Source of the DNA: Phycisphaeraceae bacterium
GTDB taxonomy: Bacteria; Planctomycetota; Phycisphaerae; Phycisphaerales; Phycisphaeraceae
Assembly: GCA_963674705.1 (NCBI GenBank)
Contig: OY771506.1
Coordinates: 64,001 to 128,000, forward strand
Direction: 5' to 3'
DNA length: 64,000 nucleotides
Under the pieces are notes generated by a model, which saw nothing but the letters and a program-made list of their open reading frames with translations, did not search any database and had not been told where the DNA came from. Positions 11,079 through 20,612 of this stretch are shown here, piece after piece; position 1 is the first letter of the stretch, and each line of letters starts with the position of its first letter. The position numbers and the translations under genes are program-made.

Positions 11079-12614
11079 ATGTTGTACGTATGTGGAAAAC
11101 ACCGATCAGGCCTATCCGTGTTACTGGCTGCGGCAGGTATGCTGCTATGCACGGGTCTAACCCAAGCCACAATCACGCTGGATGCGAACTTCGATCACGG
11201 GTCGCTGGAGAGTTACTCTATCTCCAGCAACAACATCAACCTCATCGGTCGAGATAACTACTTCGGATCGGACCAGTGGCGGTGGGTCTACTTCAAGGCG
11301 ACCGGTGTCAGTGGGCTGTCACCGAACTTCAAGATCTCCACAAACTTCGCCGGAGGCAGTTCAGCGATCAGATACCAGAACTTCCGGTACAGCTACGACA
11401 ACGAGAACTGGACCACCTTCGACAACCACGGCATCTCGGGCGACACCTTCAACTTCTCGAACAACACAACTTTCAGCCAGGATGAGGTCTGGGTCGCGTT
11501 CTCTCTGCCCTACTCCTACGGCCGATCGGCTGCGAAAGTCTCCGAGTGGAAACTCAGCCCATACGTCAGCCCGACGATCAGTTCGGACAGCAATCTCGTT
11601 ATTGGTCAATCCCCCGGCGGAATCGATGATCTTGGCCGAACTATAGAGCCGCGTGACCTGTGGGCGTTCAAGGTTACGGATGATTCTACGCCGAGTGAAG
11701 GCAAAACCAAGATCGTGTTGAGCAGCGGCCTGCACGCCCAGGAAGTATTGGGTACGCACACACTGGAAGGCACGATCGACTGGCTTCTCAGTGATGATTC
11801 GCGTGCAGCGGAACTGCGAAAGGTGGCGGAGTTCTACATCTACCCGATGCTTAATCCGGATGGGCGCTACGCGGGATACAACCGTTCAACCGTAGCAAAT
11901 CCGGATATCGATCCGAACCGTGACTGGAGCCCGACCTACCCCGGACGGACCTGGTATGGCGAGCCCGAGATTCAACTATCCGGCGAAGCGATGATGGCGG
12001 ACCTGCAGGTCGCGACCGGCGGCGAGGCCGACTACTTCATCGATTACCACTCCACGATCACCACAAGTTCCGACGCTGATGACTACTTCTTCCTGCACCC
12101 GGAAAAAGGACACACGGCTGACCCCTTCTGGACATACCTGATGCAGGAAACCGAGACGGTGACGTGGGTGCAATCAACCGGGACCACCCCCACCACCGCC
12201 AACTTCGCAGAAGTCGAACTCGGCGCAGACTTTGACGGTACGTTCGAGACAGCGTTCCACCCATCGCGCGGCGAAGACTATTACGATGAGCTGGGTAAGG
12301 ATGTGGGCGTCGCGTTCTTCCTTGCTTTAGCGCACATCGATGCAGATGTCAACGCAGACGGTTTCGTGGGCTTGGGCGACCTGGATATCCTGCTGAGCCA
12401 CTGGAACCAAACAGTTCCATTAGGTGATAAATCACAAGGGGACCTTGCCGGCTCGGGGGATGGCTTCATCGGGCTGAGTGATCTGGATGTGATCTTGAAC
12501 AGTTGGAATCAGGGTACACCACCGGCTGTGGCCACAATCATCCCTGAGCCGACGACGACAACTTATCTGTTGCTGGCACTCGGTGCTGTTTACCGACGGA
12601 AACGAAGTGCCTGA
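11079..12614 (+). CDS. Secreted M14 zinc carboxypeptidase with a dockerin-like pair and PEP-CTERM
   Basis: Signal peptide, HAQE, NPDG, NR, DYH motifs; DVNADGFVGL x2; IPEP+TM+RRKR; GGAGGAG before ATG 11079. Confidence 0.8.
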   Translation: MLYVCGKHRSGLSVLLAAAGMLLCTGLTQATITLDANFDHGSLESYSISSNNINLIGRDNYFGSDQWRWVYFKATGVSGLSPNFKISTNFAGGSSAIRYQNFRYSYDNENWTTFDNHGISGDTFNFSNNTTFSQDEVWVAFSLPYSYGRSAAKVSEWKLSPYVSPTISSDSNLVIGQSPGGIDDLGRTIEPRDLWAFKVTDDSTPSEGKTKIVLSSGLHAQEVLGTHTLEGTIDWLLSDDSRAAELRKVAEFYIYPMLNPDGRYAGYNRSTVANPDIDPNRDWSPTYPGRTWYGEPEIQLSGEAMMADLQVATGGEADYFIDYHSTITTSSDADDYFFLHPEKGHTADPFWTYLMQETETVTWVQSTGTTPTTANFAEVELGADFDGTFETAFHPSRGEDYYDELGKDVGVAFFLALAHIDADVNADGFVGLGDLDILLSHWNQTVPLGDKSQGDLAGSGDGFIGLSDLDVILNSWNQGTPPAVATIIPEPTTTTYLLLALGAVYRRKRSA

Positions 12615-12654
12615 CCAAGCTGAAAAGTGTATTAGCGGATAACATGGTGCGCGT

Positions 12655-15024
12655 ATGCTTTCATTGCGCACCCAGGTTCTGCTGTTTGTTGTATTGATTG
12701 CGGCCATCGTGATCGGCTCACTGATGCTGTACACTGGCTGGCAGCGGGGGTCTTCAACACCGGGCTCCAGTTCTCCCACCGGAGCGGCAAAGTATTTACA
12801 AGCGACTTATATTGGCAGGGACGCCTGCATCGACTGCCACGAACAGGAGCACAATCTCTGGCTGGGATCACATCACGATCTGGCGATGCAAATTGCGAAC
12901 GAAAAAACCGTGCTTGGCGACTTCAATGATGTCAGCTTCACACACTTCGGCGTGACGTCACGGTTCTTCAAGAAAGATGGCAAGTTCTTTGTCAATACCG
13001 ACGGGCCCGACGGGCAGATGCATGATTACGAAATCAAATACACCTTCGGCGTAACACCGTTGCAGCAGTACCTGATCGAGTTTCCAGATGGGCGCGTTCA
13101 GGCACTTGGTATCAGTTGGGACGCACGGCCGAAGGAAAAAGGCGGGCAACGCTGGTATCACCTGTACGCGGATGAGCCTATCCCCTACGACGATGAGCTT
13201 CACTGGACAGGTCCGAACCAGAACTGGAACTACATGTGTGCCGAGTGCCACTCGACCCGGCTACGCAAGAACTACGACCTGAAGACCAACACCTACAACA
13301 CCACCTGGTACGAGATCAACGTTTCATGCGAGGCGTGTCACGGGCCATCATCTAACCATGTGCGATGGGCCAAGGAGAAGGAACGCGGCATCGACCGCAA
13401 CGATCCTACAATGGGCATGGCGTTTCAGATGAAAGACGACGGAGGCACGTGGGAATATCCAGATGGGGAAGTCATCGCCAAACGCAGCAAGCCGCGTGAA
13501 GATCGAACGATGATGTATATGTGTGCCCGTTGCCATTCACGCCGATCTGTGACAACCGAAGACTACGAGTATGGCCACCACCTACTCGACACTCATCGTT
13601 TGTCGCTGCTGGATGAGGGCCTGTACTTCCCAGACGGTCAGATTCAGGATGAGGTGTATGTCATCGGTTCATTCCTTCAAAGCAAGATGTACCAAAGCGG
13701 CGTGACATGCACGGATTGTCATGACCCGCACAGTATGCAGCGATTGATACCAGGGAATAACCTGTGTTCGCAATGCCACCTGCCTAAACACTACGACACA
13801 CCGAAACACCACTTCCACGAAGAGGACGGAGAAGGAAGCCTCTGTACCGATTGTCATATGCCGACGCGCACCTACATGGGTGTCGACGACAGGTTCGACC
13901 ACAGTTTCCGCATCCCCCGGCCGGACCTGTCGATCCTGACCGGTTCGCCCAATGCGTGTAACAACTGCCACGATGACCAGACCTATGAATGGTCGGAAAA
14001 CGCTTTGGATGACTGGTACGGCAAAGACCGCAGCAACAAGCCGCACTACGGCCACACGATTCACGCGGCACGTACAAACGCGCCGGGCGCAGCACAGAAA
14101 CTTCTGAAACTTATCGAAGATGACACGCAGCCAGGCATTGTCCGTGCTACCGCCCTATCGCTGGCACAGGGGTATCCTTCCGAAGCGGCATATCACGCGA
14201 TACAAAAACAGGTGCAGAACGCCGATACACTGATCCGTTTCGGGGCGCTTAATGCGCTGGAGTCATATGCCCCGATCATGCGTTTACAGATTGCATACGA
14301 TCTGTTGGACGATCCGATCACCAACGTGCGTGATGAAGCGGCGCGTCTTTTAGCTGCGGTGGGCCCGGAACAACTCACCAACGAGCAGAAGCAGGCGATC
14401 GAAACAGGCATCGAGGGTTACATTGCATCACAGATGGCCAACGCGGAGCGGGCGGAGTCGCATCTGAATATCGCGTTGGTGCAGTTACAACGAGGCAAGG
14501 TTGAAGCGGCAGAGCAATCCTACAAGACCGCGATCCGGGTGAATCCCGATTTTGCTCAGGCTTATGTGAATCTTGCGGACCTCTACCGCACCACCGACCG
14601 CGATGAGTTGGGCATAGCAGTACTACAAAGCGCTATAGACGATGGTCTTAAAGCAGGCGTCCTGCAGTATGCGATGGGCCTTGCGATGGTCAGGCAGGGC
14701 AATACGCCGGAAGCAATTAACGCGTTCAAGCTCGCTGCGGAATTGACGCCGGAGGATCCGCAGTTCGGTTACACGCTTGGTATTGCACTGAACTCCACAG
14801 GCCAGCCGGCACAAGCCTTATCCGTGTTGGCCGACAATTACGAACGTCACCCGAAAGACCAGAACACATTGACCGCCTTGATGACAATCAGCCGGGATCA
14901 ACAGAAGTACGATGATGCAATCCGATACGCGAACGCGCTGTTGGCACTGAATCCGCCCAATCCGGAAGCCATCAAGTTATTCATCCGGCAGTTAGAGCTT
15001 CAGAAACCATCAACTAGTCAATAA
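12655..15024 (+). CDS. Membrane-anchored multiheme c-type cytochrome with HEAT/TPR C-terminus
   Basis: Eight CxxCH (CIDCH, CAECH, CEACH, CARCH, CTDCH, CSQCH, CTDCH, CNNCH), N-terminal TM, helical repeats. Confidence 0.85.
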   Translation: MLSLRTQVLLFVVLIAAIVIGSLMLYTGWQRGSSTPGSSSPTGAAKYLQATYIGRDACIDCHEQEHNLWLGSHHDLAMQIANEKTVLGDFNDVSFTHFGVTSRFFKKDGKFFVNTDGPDGQMHDYEIKYTFGVTPLQQYLIEFPDGRVQALGISWDARPKEKGGQRWYHLYADEPIPYDDELHWTGPNQNWNYMCAECHSTRLRKNYDLKTNTYNTTWYEINVSCEACHGPSSNHVRWAKEKERGIDRNDPTMGMAFQMKDDGGTWEYPDGEVIAKRSKPREDRTMMYMCARCHSRRSVTTEDYEYGHHLLDTHRLSLLDEGLYFPDGQIQDEVYVIGSFLQSKMYQSGVTCTDCHDPHSMQRLIPGNNLCSQCHLPKHYDTPKHHFHEEDGEGSLCTDCHMPTRTYMGVDDRFDHSFRIPRPDLSILTGSPNACNNCHDDQTYEWSENALDDWYGKDRSNKPHYGHTIHAARTNAPGAAQKLLKLIEDDTQPGIVRATALSLAQGYPSEAAYHAIQKQVQNADTLIRFGALNALESYAPIMRLQIAYDLLDDPITNVRDEAARLLAAVGPEQLTNEQKQAIETGIEGYIASQMANAERAESHLNIALVQLQRGKVEAAEQSYKTAIRVNPDFAQAYVNLADLYRTTDRDELGIAVLQSAIDDGLKAGVLQYAMGLAMVRQGNTPEAINAFKLAAELTPEDPQFGYTLGIALNSTGQPAQALSVLADNYERHPKDQNTLTALMTISRDQQKYDDAIRYANALLALNPPNPEAIKLFIRQLELQKPSTSQ

Positions 15025-15159
15025 GCAGCTTCAATATCAAGTCCAGCTCAGTCACTTTTCTCTTGGATTCAATACACCCGTTTGTTAGCATACTTATGTG
15101 GGTATGCCGGTCTCCGGAAGGAATTGCTGGTTATTTAAGTTTTATTTGGATGAATTGCC

Positions 15160-16647
15160 ATGTTTTGCCGTACATTGCACATGACCGCATTGTGCGTTTG
15201 TGTCATGGTGAGTTCATTCATAATGGCTACCACCGCCCGGGGATTCATCATTGATCCGGAAGCCACACCCTGGCTTACAACCGCATCGGGCTTCCGCACA
15301 ACCAATGGCCAACCGGCTACACTCACCTGGGGCTTCGTGCCCGACGGCACCATCATCTACGACGGCATCTACTCGCTTGGTGAAAGTGACCTTATCGCAA
15401 AACTCAACGACGCATTCGGCGGCGACATAGACGAAACAAATCCACAATCACAGTTTTGGTTCACATACTTTGAGGATTCGTTCAACCGCTGGAGCGAGTT
15501 ATCCGGGCTCACCTACGTATATGAGCCGAACGATTCGGGTGAAGCGCTATCCACCACAGCGGGTGAGTTGGGCGTACGGGCGGATATACGAATCGGCGGC
15601 GTGTCTATCGATGGTTCCAGTGGGACACTCGCGTTCAACTACTTCCCCGACATCGGCGACATGGCGATCGACACCGATGATGCTGACTTCTTCGCCAATC
15701 CGGTTAAAAACTATCTGCAACTGCGTAACACCATCATGCACGAAAGCGGCCACGGCCTGGGCTTCGACCACGTCGTATCCGATACCGATGCATTACTCAT
15801 GGAGCCGGTACTGGATCTTTCGTTCGACGGCCCACAATTAGACGACGTGCGTGCAGTCCACTACTACTACGGCGATGTATACGAAAAATCCAACGGCGGA
15901 CTCGGTAATAATCAGGCGTCGCTGGCTACACCCCTGGGAACGATCATGGAAGGCCAAACCGCCAGCATCGGCACCGATGCGGATATCCCGGACCAGACGA
16001 TCGGCGCGGATGATGTTGACTTTGTGAGCCTGAGTAACGCAAGCGACGTCGACTACTTCTCATTCACGATTACACAAGCGTCTACCGTCGACCTGCTACT
16101 CACTCCGTTAGGCGGGCAATTCACCCAGGCAGCACAAGGGATCACACCGAATATATTTGATGCCTCGGCACGGGCAAACCTGGCGCTTCACTTGTGGGAC
16201 TCTGACGGCAAAACATTGTTAGAAGTAGCGGACCTCACCTCGGCAGGCGATCACGAATCAATCATCGGCTTCCAGTTACCCAAAGCCGGGCAGTACTTCG
16301 CCTCAATCAGCACTGTCGACGATACGATCCAACTGTACAGACTGGATATTACGATACATGAAACCGCTTCGATACCGGGTGATCTGAACGCTGACGGTTT
16401 CGTCGGCCTGACGGACCTGGATATCTTCCTGGCGGCCTGGAATCAGCACGTAGAGCCCGGCAACCTGATACAGGGCGATCCTTCGGGAGATGGCTTCGTC
16501 GGCCTTAATGATCTGGATATCGTGCTGAGCAACTGGAACAACGGCACGCCACCGAACGATTCGGCCGTACTTATTCCCGAACCGACAATCGCCGGCTTTG
16601 CACTAACGATGAGTGTGATAGGGATGCGGCTCAGGCCATACGCTTGA
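15160..16647 (+). CDS. Matrixin-like (M10) metzincin with a PPC-like domain, dockerin-like pair and PEP-CTERM
   Basis: HESGHGLGFDH zinc motif, ALLMEP Met-turn, DVDYFSF, GDLNADGFVG/GDPSGDGFVG, IPEP tail. Confidence 0.85.
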   Translation: MFCRTLHMTALCVCVMVSSFIMATTARGFIIDPEATPWLTTASGFRTTNGQPATLTWGFVPDGTIIYDGIYSLGESDLIAKLNDAFGGDIDETNPQSQFWFTYFEDSFNRWSELSGLTYVYEPNDSGEALSTTAGELGVRADIRIGGVSIDGSSGTLAFNYFPDIGDMAIDTDDADFFANPVKNYLQLRNTIMHESGHGLGFDHVVSDTDALLMEPVLDLSFDGPQLDDVRAVHYYYGDVYEKSNGGLGNNQASLATPLGTIMEGQTASIGTDADIPDQTIGADDVDFVSLSNASDVDYFSFTITQASTVDLLLTPLGGQFTQAAQGITPNIFDASARANLALHLWDSDGKTLLEVADLTSAGDHESIIGFQLPKAGQYFASISTVDDTIQLYRLDITIHETASIPGDLNADGFVGLTDLDIFLAAWNQHVEPGNLIQGDPSGDGFVGLNDLDIVLSNWNNGTPPNDSAVLIPEPTIAGFALTMSVIGMRLRPYA

Positions 16648-17659
16648 CCTGCTGGCGTGCCAACGGCCAGCGCAGCGGTCGGCCGGCCAGGTAACGGCGC
16701 AACTCTTCAATCATCAACCGGCCCATGCGGAAGCATTCCTGTCCCATAGAGCCGGCGATGTGCGGTGTCACGAACACGTTGGGCAGGTTCCAGATGTCTG
16801 AATCTTCCGGGATCGGTTCCGGATCGGTCACATCGAGCACCGCTTGCAGGTCCTTGCGACGCTTGAGCACCTCGACCATCTCCGGTTCATTCACCAGTCC
16901 GCCGCGCGCGGTATTGATGAATGTGGTGTGCGGCTGCATCATTTCCAAGTGGCTGCCGCGGATCATGCCGCGCGTCTCATCAAGCAACGGTGCGTGCAAC
17001 GAAACAACATTGCATGAGCTGAAGATTTCTTCCATCGTTGCTAGTTGGATCCCCAGCCGTTCCGCTTCGTCTTTAGCAATGAACGGGTCGTAAGCAAGCA
17101 CCTTGATGTTCAGATATTGCAGGTGCTCGACCATCTTTCGGCCGATCATCCCGAGCGAAATAATCCCGACCTTCCCGCCGAACGCGCCGCACACATCTTT
17201 GCCGGATAAACCCCAATTCTTATTCTTGCGATAATACTCGGCAAATTGGAATGTCTGTTTCAGTGCCAACAGCACATGCGCGAGCGTGTACTCAGCCACC
17301 GGAATCGCATTGGCGGCCCAGGCACTGCAAATCACGATATCCCGATCCCAGAACGCATCAGTCAGGATATGCCTGACCGTACCCGCCCCATAAAAGACCG
17401 CTTCGAGATTCGGCGCCGATTCCAGGAACTGCTTATCCAGCTTCGGCGCCCCCCAGCCCGTCAGCATGATTTGCATATCCTTGAGGATCGACTTGTCCGC
17501 CAGGACTTCCTTGGGACCCATTATCGGTGCGTAAATGTCCACCAACTCGGTCGCGACCTTCTGGTCCTTAGGCGAGTAGATGTCGTGGATCCGTTGTGCG
17601 ATGAACAGTGCTTTTTTCATGGGTGGGGTCTGATACGGCTTTCCAAGGGGTAACTTCAC
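16631..17659 (-). CDS. D-isomer-specific 2-hydroxyacid dehydrogenase
   Basis: SLGMIG, FINTARG, LDVTDPEP, TPHIAG. Confidence 0.88.
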   Translation of the reverse strand: MKLPLGKPYQTPPMKKALFIAQRIHDIYSPKDQKVATELVDIYAPIMGPKEVLADKSILKDMQIMLTGWGAPKLDKQFLESAPNLEAVFYGAGTVRHILTDAFWDRDIVICSAWAANAIPVAEYTLAHVLLALKQTFQFAEYYRKNKNWGLSGKDVCGAFGGKVGIISLGMIGRKMVEHLQYLNIKVLAYDPFIAKDEAERLGIQLATMEEIFSSCNVVSLHAPLLDETRGMIRGSHLEMMQPHTTFINTARGGLVNEPEMVEVLKRRKDLQAVLDVTDPEPIPEDSDIWNLPNVFVTPHIAGSMGQECFRMGRLMIEELRRYLAGRPLRWPLARQQVKRMA

Positions 17660-18444
17660 CCGGCACGGCTCAGGCCGGCAACGAGCGTATTCAATATCTT
17701 AGCGTCTTTTTCAAGCTGTACTTCCGTGTCATCCAGCACGTATTCCAACATCGCGTAGCGGGACTTATCCGTTTGCGCAAGTAGATCAAAAAAAGCCTGC
17801 CATTGGCTTTGTCCCTCAGCAAGCGGATAGCGCACGATCCCGTCTGCCTCACTGGCCGTCCACCAGTAGACGTGGATATTACTGACGCGCGTGAGCATGG
17901 CTTTCAGGGATGCCAGGTTGGTGTCGAAGTCGTGATAAAACGGCGGCTGCCAGAGCAGATCGACATTATCCTTGCCGACCAGGTCATGCAGCTTGATCGC
18001 CGATTCGTGGTGGTCCGTAAGGGTGTGCTGGTGGTATTCGTAGCAGACGCGTTTGCCCGCCTCGACAGCAAGATCAGCAATTCGCTGGGCATCTTCAACA
18101 ATCCGACCCCAGTGGGCATCGTCCGCGTCCACCGTCCCCTTGGACCCTGCCCAGACACGCACGGTCGGCGCTTCCAGCGCCACCGTCGAATCCAGTACGC
18201 TCTTGAAGCTCAGCCCTGCTTTCTCACTTTCCCCAAGCTTGTAATACGAACCATACGCCGCGACATCGATCCCGGCTTCGCGCGTCAGTCGGCCGATCCG
18301 TTTGGCGGTTTCAACATCGCCGTGCGGCACATGCACATCACCGCCCCACTCGATCGCCGCCAACGCATACTTTCGGGTTACTTCGATAATCCGCTCAGCG
18401 GAAAAACTTCTAAACGAGATGGATACCAGGCCGCTGCGGATCAA
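17656..18444 (-). CDS. Sugar phosphate isomerase/epimerase (AP-endonuclease-2 TIM barrel)
   Basis: IEWGGDVHVP, YGSYY, RVWAG, EYH, NIHV motifs. Confidence 0.75.
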   Translation of the reverse strand: MIRSGLVSISFRSFSAERIIEVTRKYALAAIEWGGDVHVPHGDVETAKRIGRLTREAGIDVAAYGSYYKLGESEKAGLSFKSVLDSTVALEAPTVRVWAGSKGTVDADDAHWGRIVEDAQRIADLAVEAGKRVCYEYHQHTLTDHHESAIKLHDLVGKDNVDLLWQPPFYHDFDTNLASLKAMLTRVSNIHVYWWTASEADGIVRYPLAEGQSQWQAFFDLLAQTDKSRYAMLEYVLDDTEVQLEKDAKILNTLVAGLSRAG

Positions 18445-18565
18445 TTCTAAATTCCTTCTTTACGTGATTGATGCGAGTCGTCTCAAGCAACTCTACAAGA
18501 TAGCGGATACCAGATCACGTGTATTCTGCCAAAACATACTTTGGTGATGATTATGAAACGATGTA

Positions 18566-18880
18566 CTACTCCATCCGGAATACTTCATCCAGAGGCTTGC
18601 ACACAGGCTCATGGTCCGGGTGCGTGTCCATCAGGTCGGCCATGTAATCCCACCACTTACGGACGACCGGGTGCTGCTTAAGTTCCTCACTTTTATTATC
18701 CGCGCTGAGTTTTTGCACCGCAAAGAGCTTGCGGGTCTCACGATCCAGGAAAATAGAGTAGTCCGAGATACCCGCTTCTTTGAGCGCCTCGCTGAGCTCC
18801 GGCCAGATCTCATCATGCCGGCGTTTATACTCAGCCTCGCATCCGGGTTTTATCTGCATCGTCCAAGCGTTACGTAGCAT
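18566..18880 (-). CDS. rhaM: L-rhamnose mutarotase
   Basis: EYKRRHDEIWPE, GISDYSIFL, KWWDYMADLM. Confidence 0.92.
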   Translation of the reverse strand: MLRNAWTMQIKPGCEAEYKRRHDEIWPELSEALKEAGISDYSIFLDRETRKLFAVQKLSADNKSEELKQHPVVRKWWDYMADLMDTHPDHEPVCKPLDEVFRME

Positions 18881-18904
18881 CCGTATTCCTCCATCAGTGG
18901 GTCA

Positions 18905-20326
18905 TTATGGCATGGCTATCGTAACGGTCGCGATCGACCGGGCGGGAATCGTCAGAATATCGCCATCGACCGCCTGTTCCTGTAGCGTCAGGTCATCCGT
19001 TGTCAACCAAAATGACATGAGTGATACCGACTTATTATCTTTCAAATCAATACGAACCTGTTTGGCCGATTCGCTGTGGTTCGTGATCACGGTGGCAATG
19101 CAGTTCGCCTCCGGCGTCAGATAAGCGGTAATCTGTAGGTCTTGGTCCGATCCCTTCGCCTCAATCCTCTTTGAGCCTGGCTCGATAAACCGTGCATAAT
19201 GAGCCATCACCCACAAACGTTTCGTCACTTCGATTTTCTTTGTCCTTGGATTCGCATAGATCAAACCGTCTGCGTACCCCCCCGTCGCGATGGCTAACCA
19301 CCACTGCCATGTCACGACGCAGCCGATCGTCATGTCCTCGTGCATCACGTTCGCCAGGTGTAAACCGCCATCGATTCCCACATCGTGGATCGGCTTCATC
19401 TGGCAGAACTCGGTCATCGAAATGGTTTTTCCAGGATAATGCCGCATAAACCATTCGGTGAATTCACGTTTGTTTCGACGGTCTGACCAGTAGGAGTGCA
19501 TCGCGAAAGTATCCAGCGCTTTATTCAATACGGGATCACCATAAAGAGCCTCGGTGTACTCTTTGCTTCGTTTCCATTCGCCGGATTCAGGGGCCTCGAC
19601 CTTCACATCCAAACCGCGCCGCTGTACCTCGTCGTACACCGCACGGATCGTGCGAGCGACTTCATCGGGTTCATAATGGCAACCCTCCTGGTGCCGACTG
19701 TCCTTGCCCCAGTTCCACTGCGGCTCGTTGATCGGCGAAAGCGTGACGTGCGGCAGGTCTAATTCATGCTTGAGGTGCTCGGTGATATCAACCAGGTAAC
19801 GGGCGAAGTCGTCTACTTTTCCAAGGTCAAGGTTTGATCCGCCCATTTCGCCGCCACTGGTTTGGCCGTTGCGTGTCATGCGCGCCGGCGGGCTGTTGGC
19901 GAACAGCACAAAATGCTCAACCCCCATCTCCCGAGCGTCGCGCAGGAATCCGATCCCCAGCGCATCGGCTTCGTAATCGTACTTACCCGGACTCACTTCC
20001 AGGTCCGGCGTTCGGCGGTACGGATCAGTCACAGATTCGCCCGCCCCGGCCGGGATGTTGTAACGATAGATATCCAGCCCAGCGCCTTCATCGGTAAACA
20101 GCAGCCGAAGTATCCGCAGTTGCTCATCTCGTGGAAACTCCCCCACCCACCTGGGCCACCATGCCGCCGAAGCGCCAAACCCCTCAATAACCTGGAAGGT
20201 CTTACCCGGATCCAGCGTCACCACGCAGATATCTGTGGACTGAGCGAACGCCATACGTCCTCCAAGTGCCAGTGCCAACGACCATGCCACGAATAAAACG
20301 TAGCGAGCGTATCCCATATGCAACAA
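18905..20326 (-). CDS. Secreted GH30 glycoside hydrolase (endo-beta-1,6-galactanase-like)
   Basis: Q.IEGFGASAAWW, RYNI, FANSPP, SPINEPQW..QEGC, HSYW, MTEFC; signal peptide. Confidence 0.8.
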   Translation of the reverse strand: MLHMGYARYVLFVAWSLALALGGRMAFAQSTDICVVTLDPGKTFQVIEGFGASAAWWPRWVGEFPRDEQLRILRLLFTDEGAGLDIYRYNIPAGAGESVTDPYRRTPDLEVSPGKYDYEADALGIGFLRDAREMGVEHFVLFANSPPARMTRNGQTSGGEMGGSNLDLGKVDDFARYLVDITEHLKHELDLPHVTLSPINEPQWNWGKDSRHQEGCHYEPDEVARTIRAVYDEVQRRGLDVKVEAPESGEWKRSKEYTEALYGDPVLNKALDTFAMHSYWSDRRNKREFTEWFMRHYPGKTISMTEFCQMKPIHDVGIDGGLHLANVMHEDMTIGCVVTWQWWLAIATGGYADGLIYANPRTKKIEVTKRLWVMAHYARFIEPGSKRIEAKGSDQDLQITAYLTPEANCIATVITNHSESAKQVRIDLKDNKSVSLMSFWLTTDDLTLQEQAVDGDILTIPARSIATVTIAMP

Positions 20327-20471
20327 ACGAGCTTTTATTTATGCAACAAACACGGTTGTAAACTGCCCAGTCAATCCGGGCACGCCAATATAAGACGCTC
20401 CAAATGGCTTTATATTTCATATTCTATCAGATACTTAGTATTTGACACCCAAAATCCAAAAATGCAACGTA

Positions 20472-20517
20472 CCTTACATTGCAGATTACTTTTCAATGCC
20501 TTACATACTGGTATAAT
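20472..20517 (+). promoter_or_regulatory. Extended -10 promoter with CCTTACAT direct repeats
   Basis: TGgTATAAT at 20509-20517; CCTTACAT at 20472 and 20499. Confidence 0.55.
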
Positions 20518-20612
20518 CCGGGCATCAGGCTCAGCTCTCTGACCGAAGTCACGTAAATCAGGCCAATGGGCCCAGCAGGCACCCACCGCCAGCCGCAAAG
20601 GAGGAATCGGTT

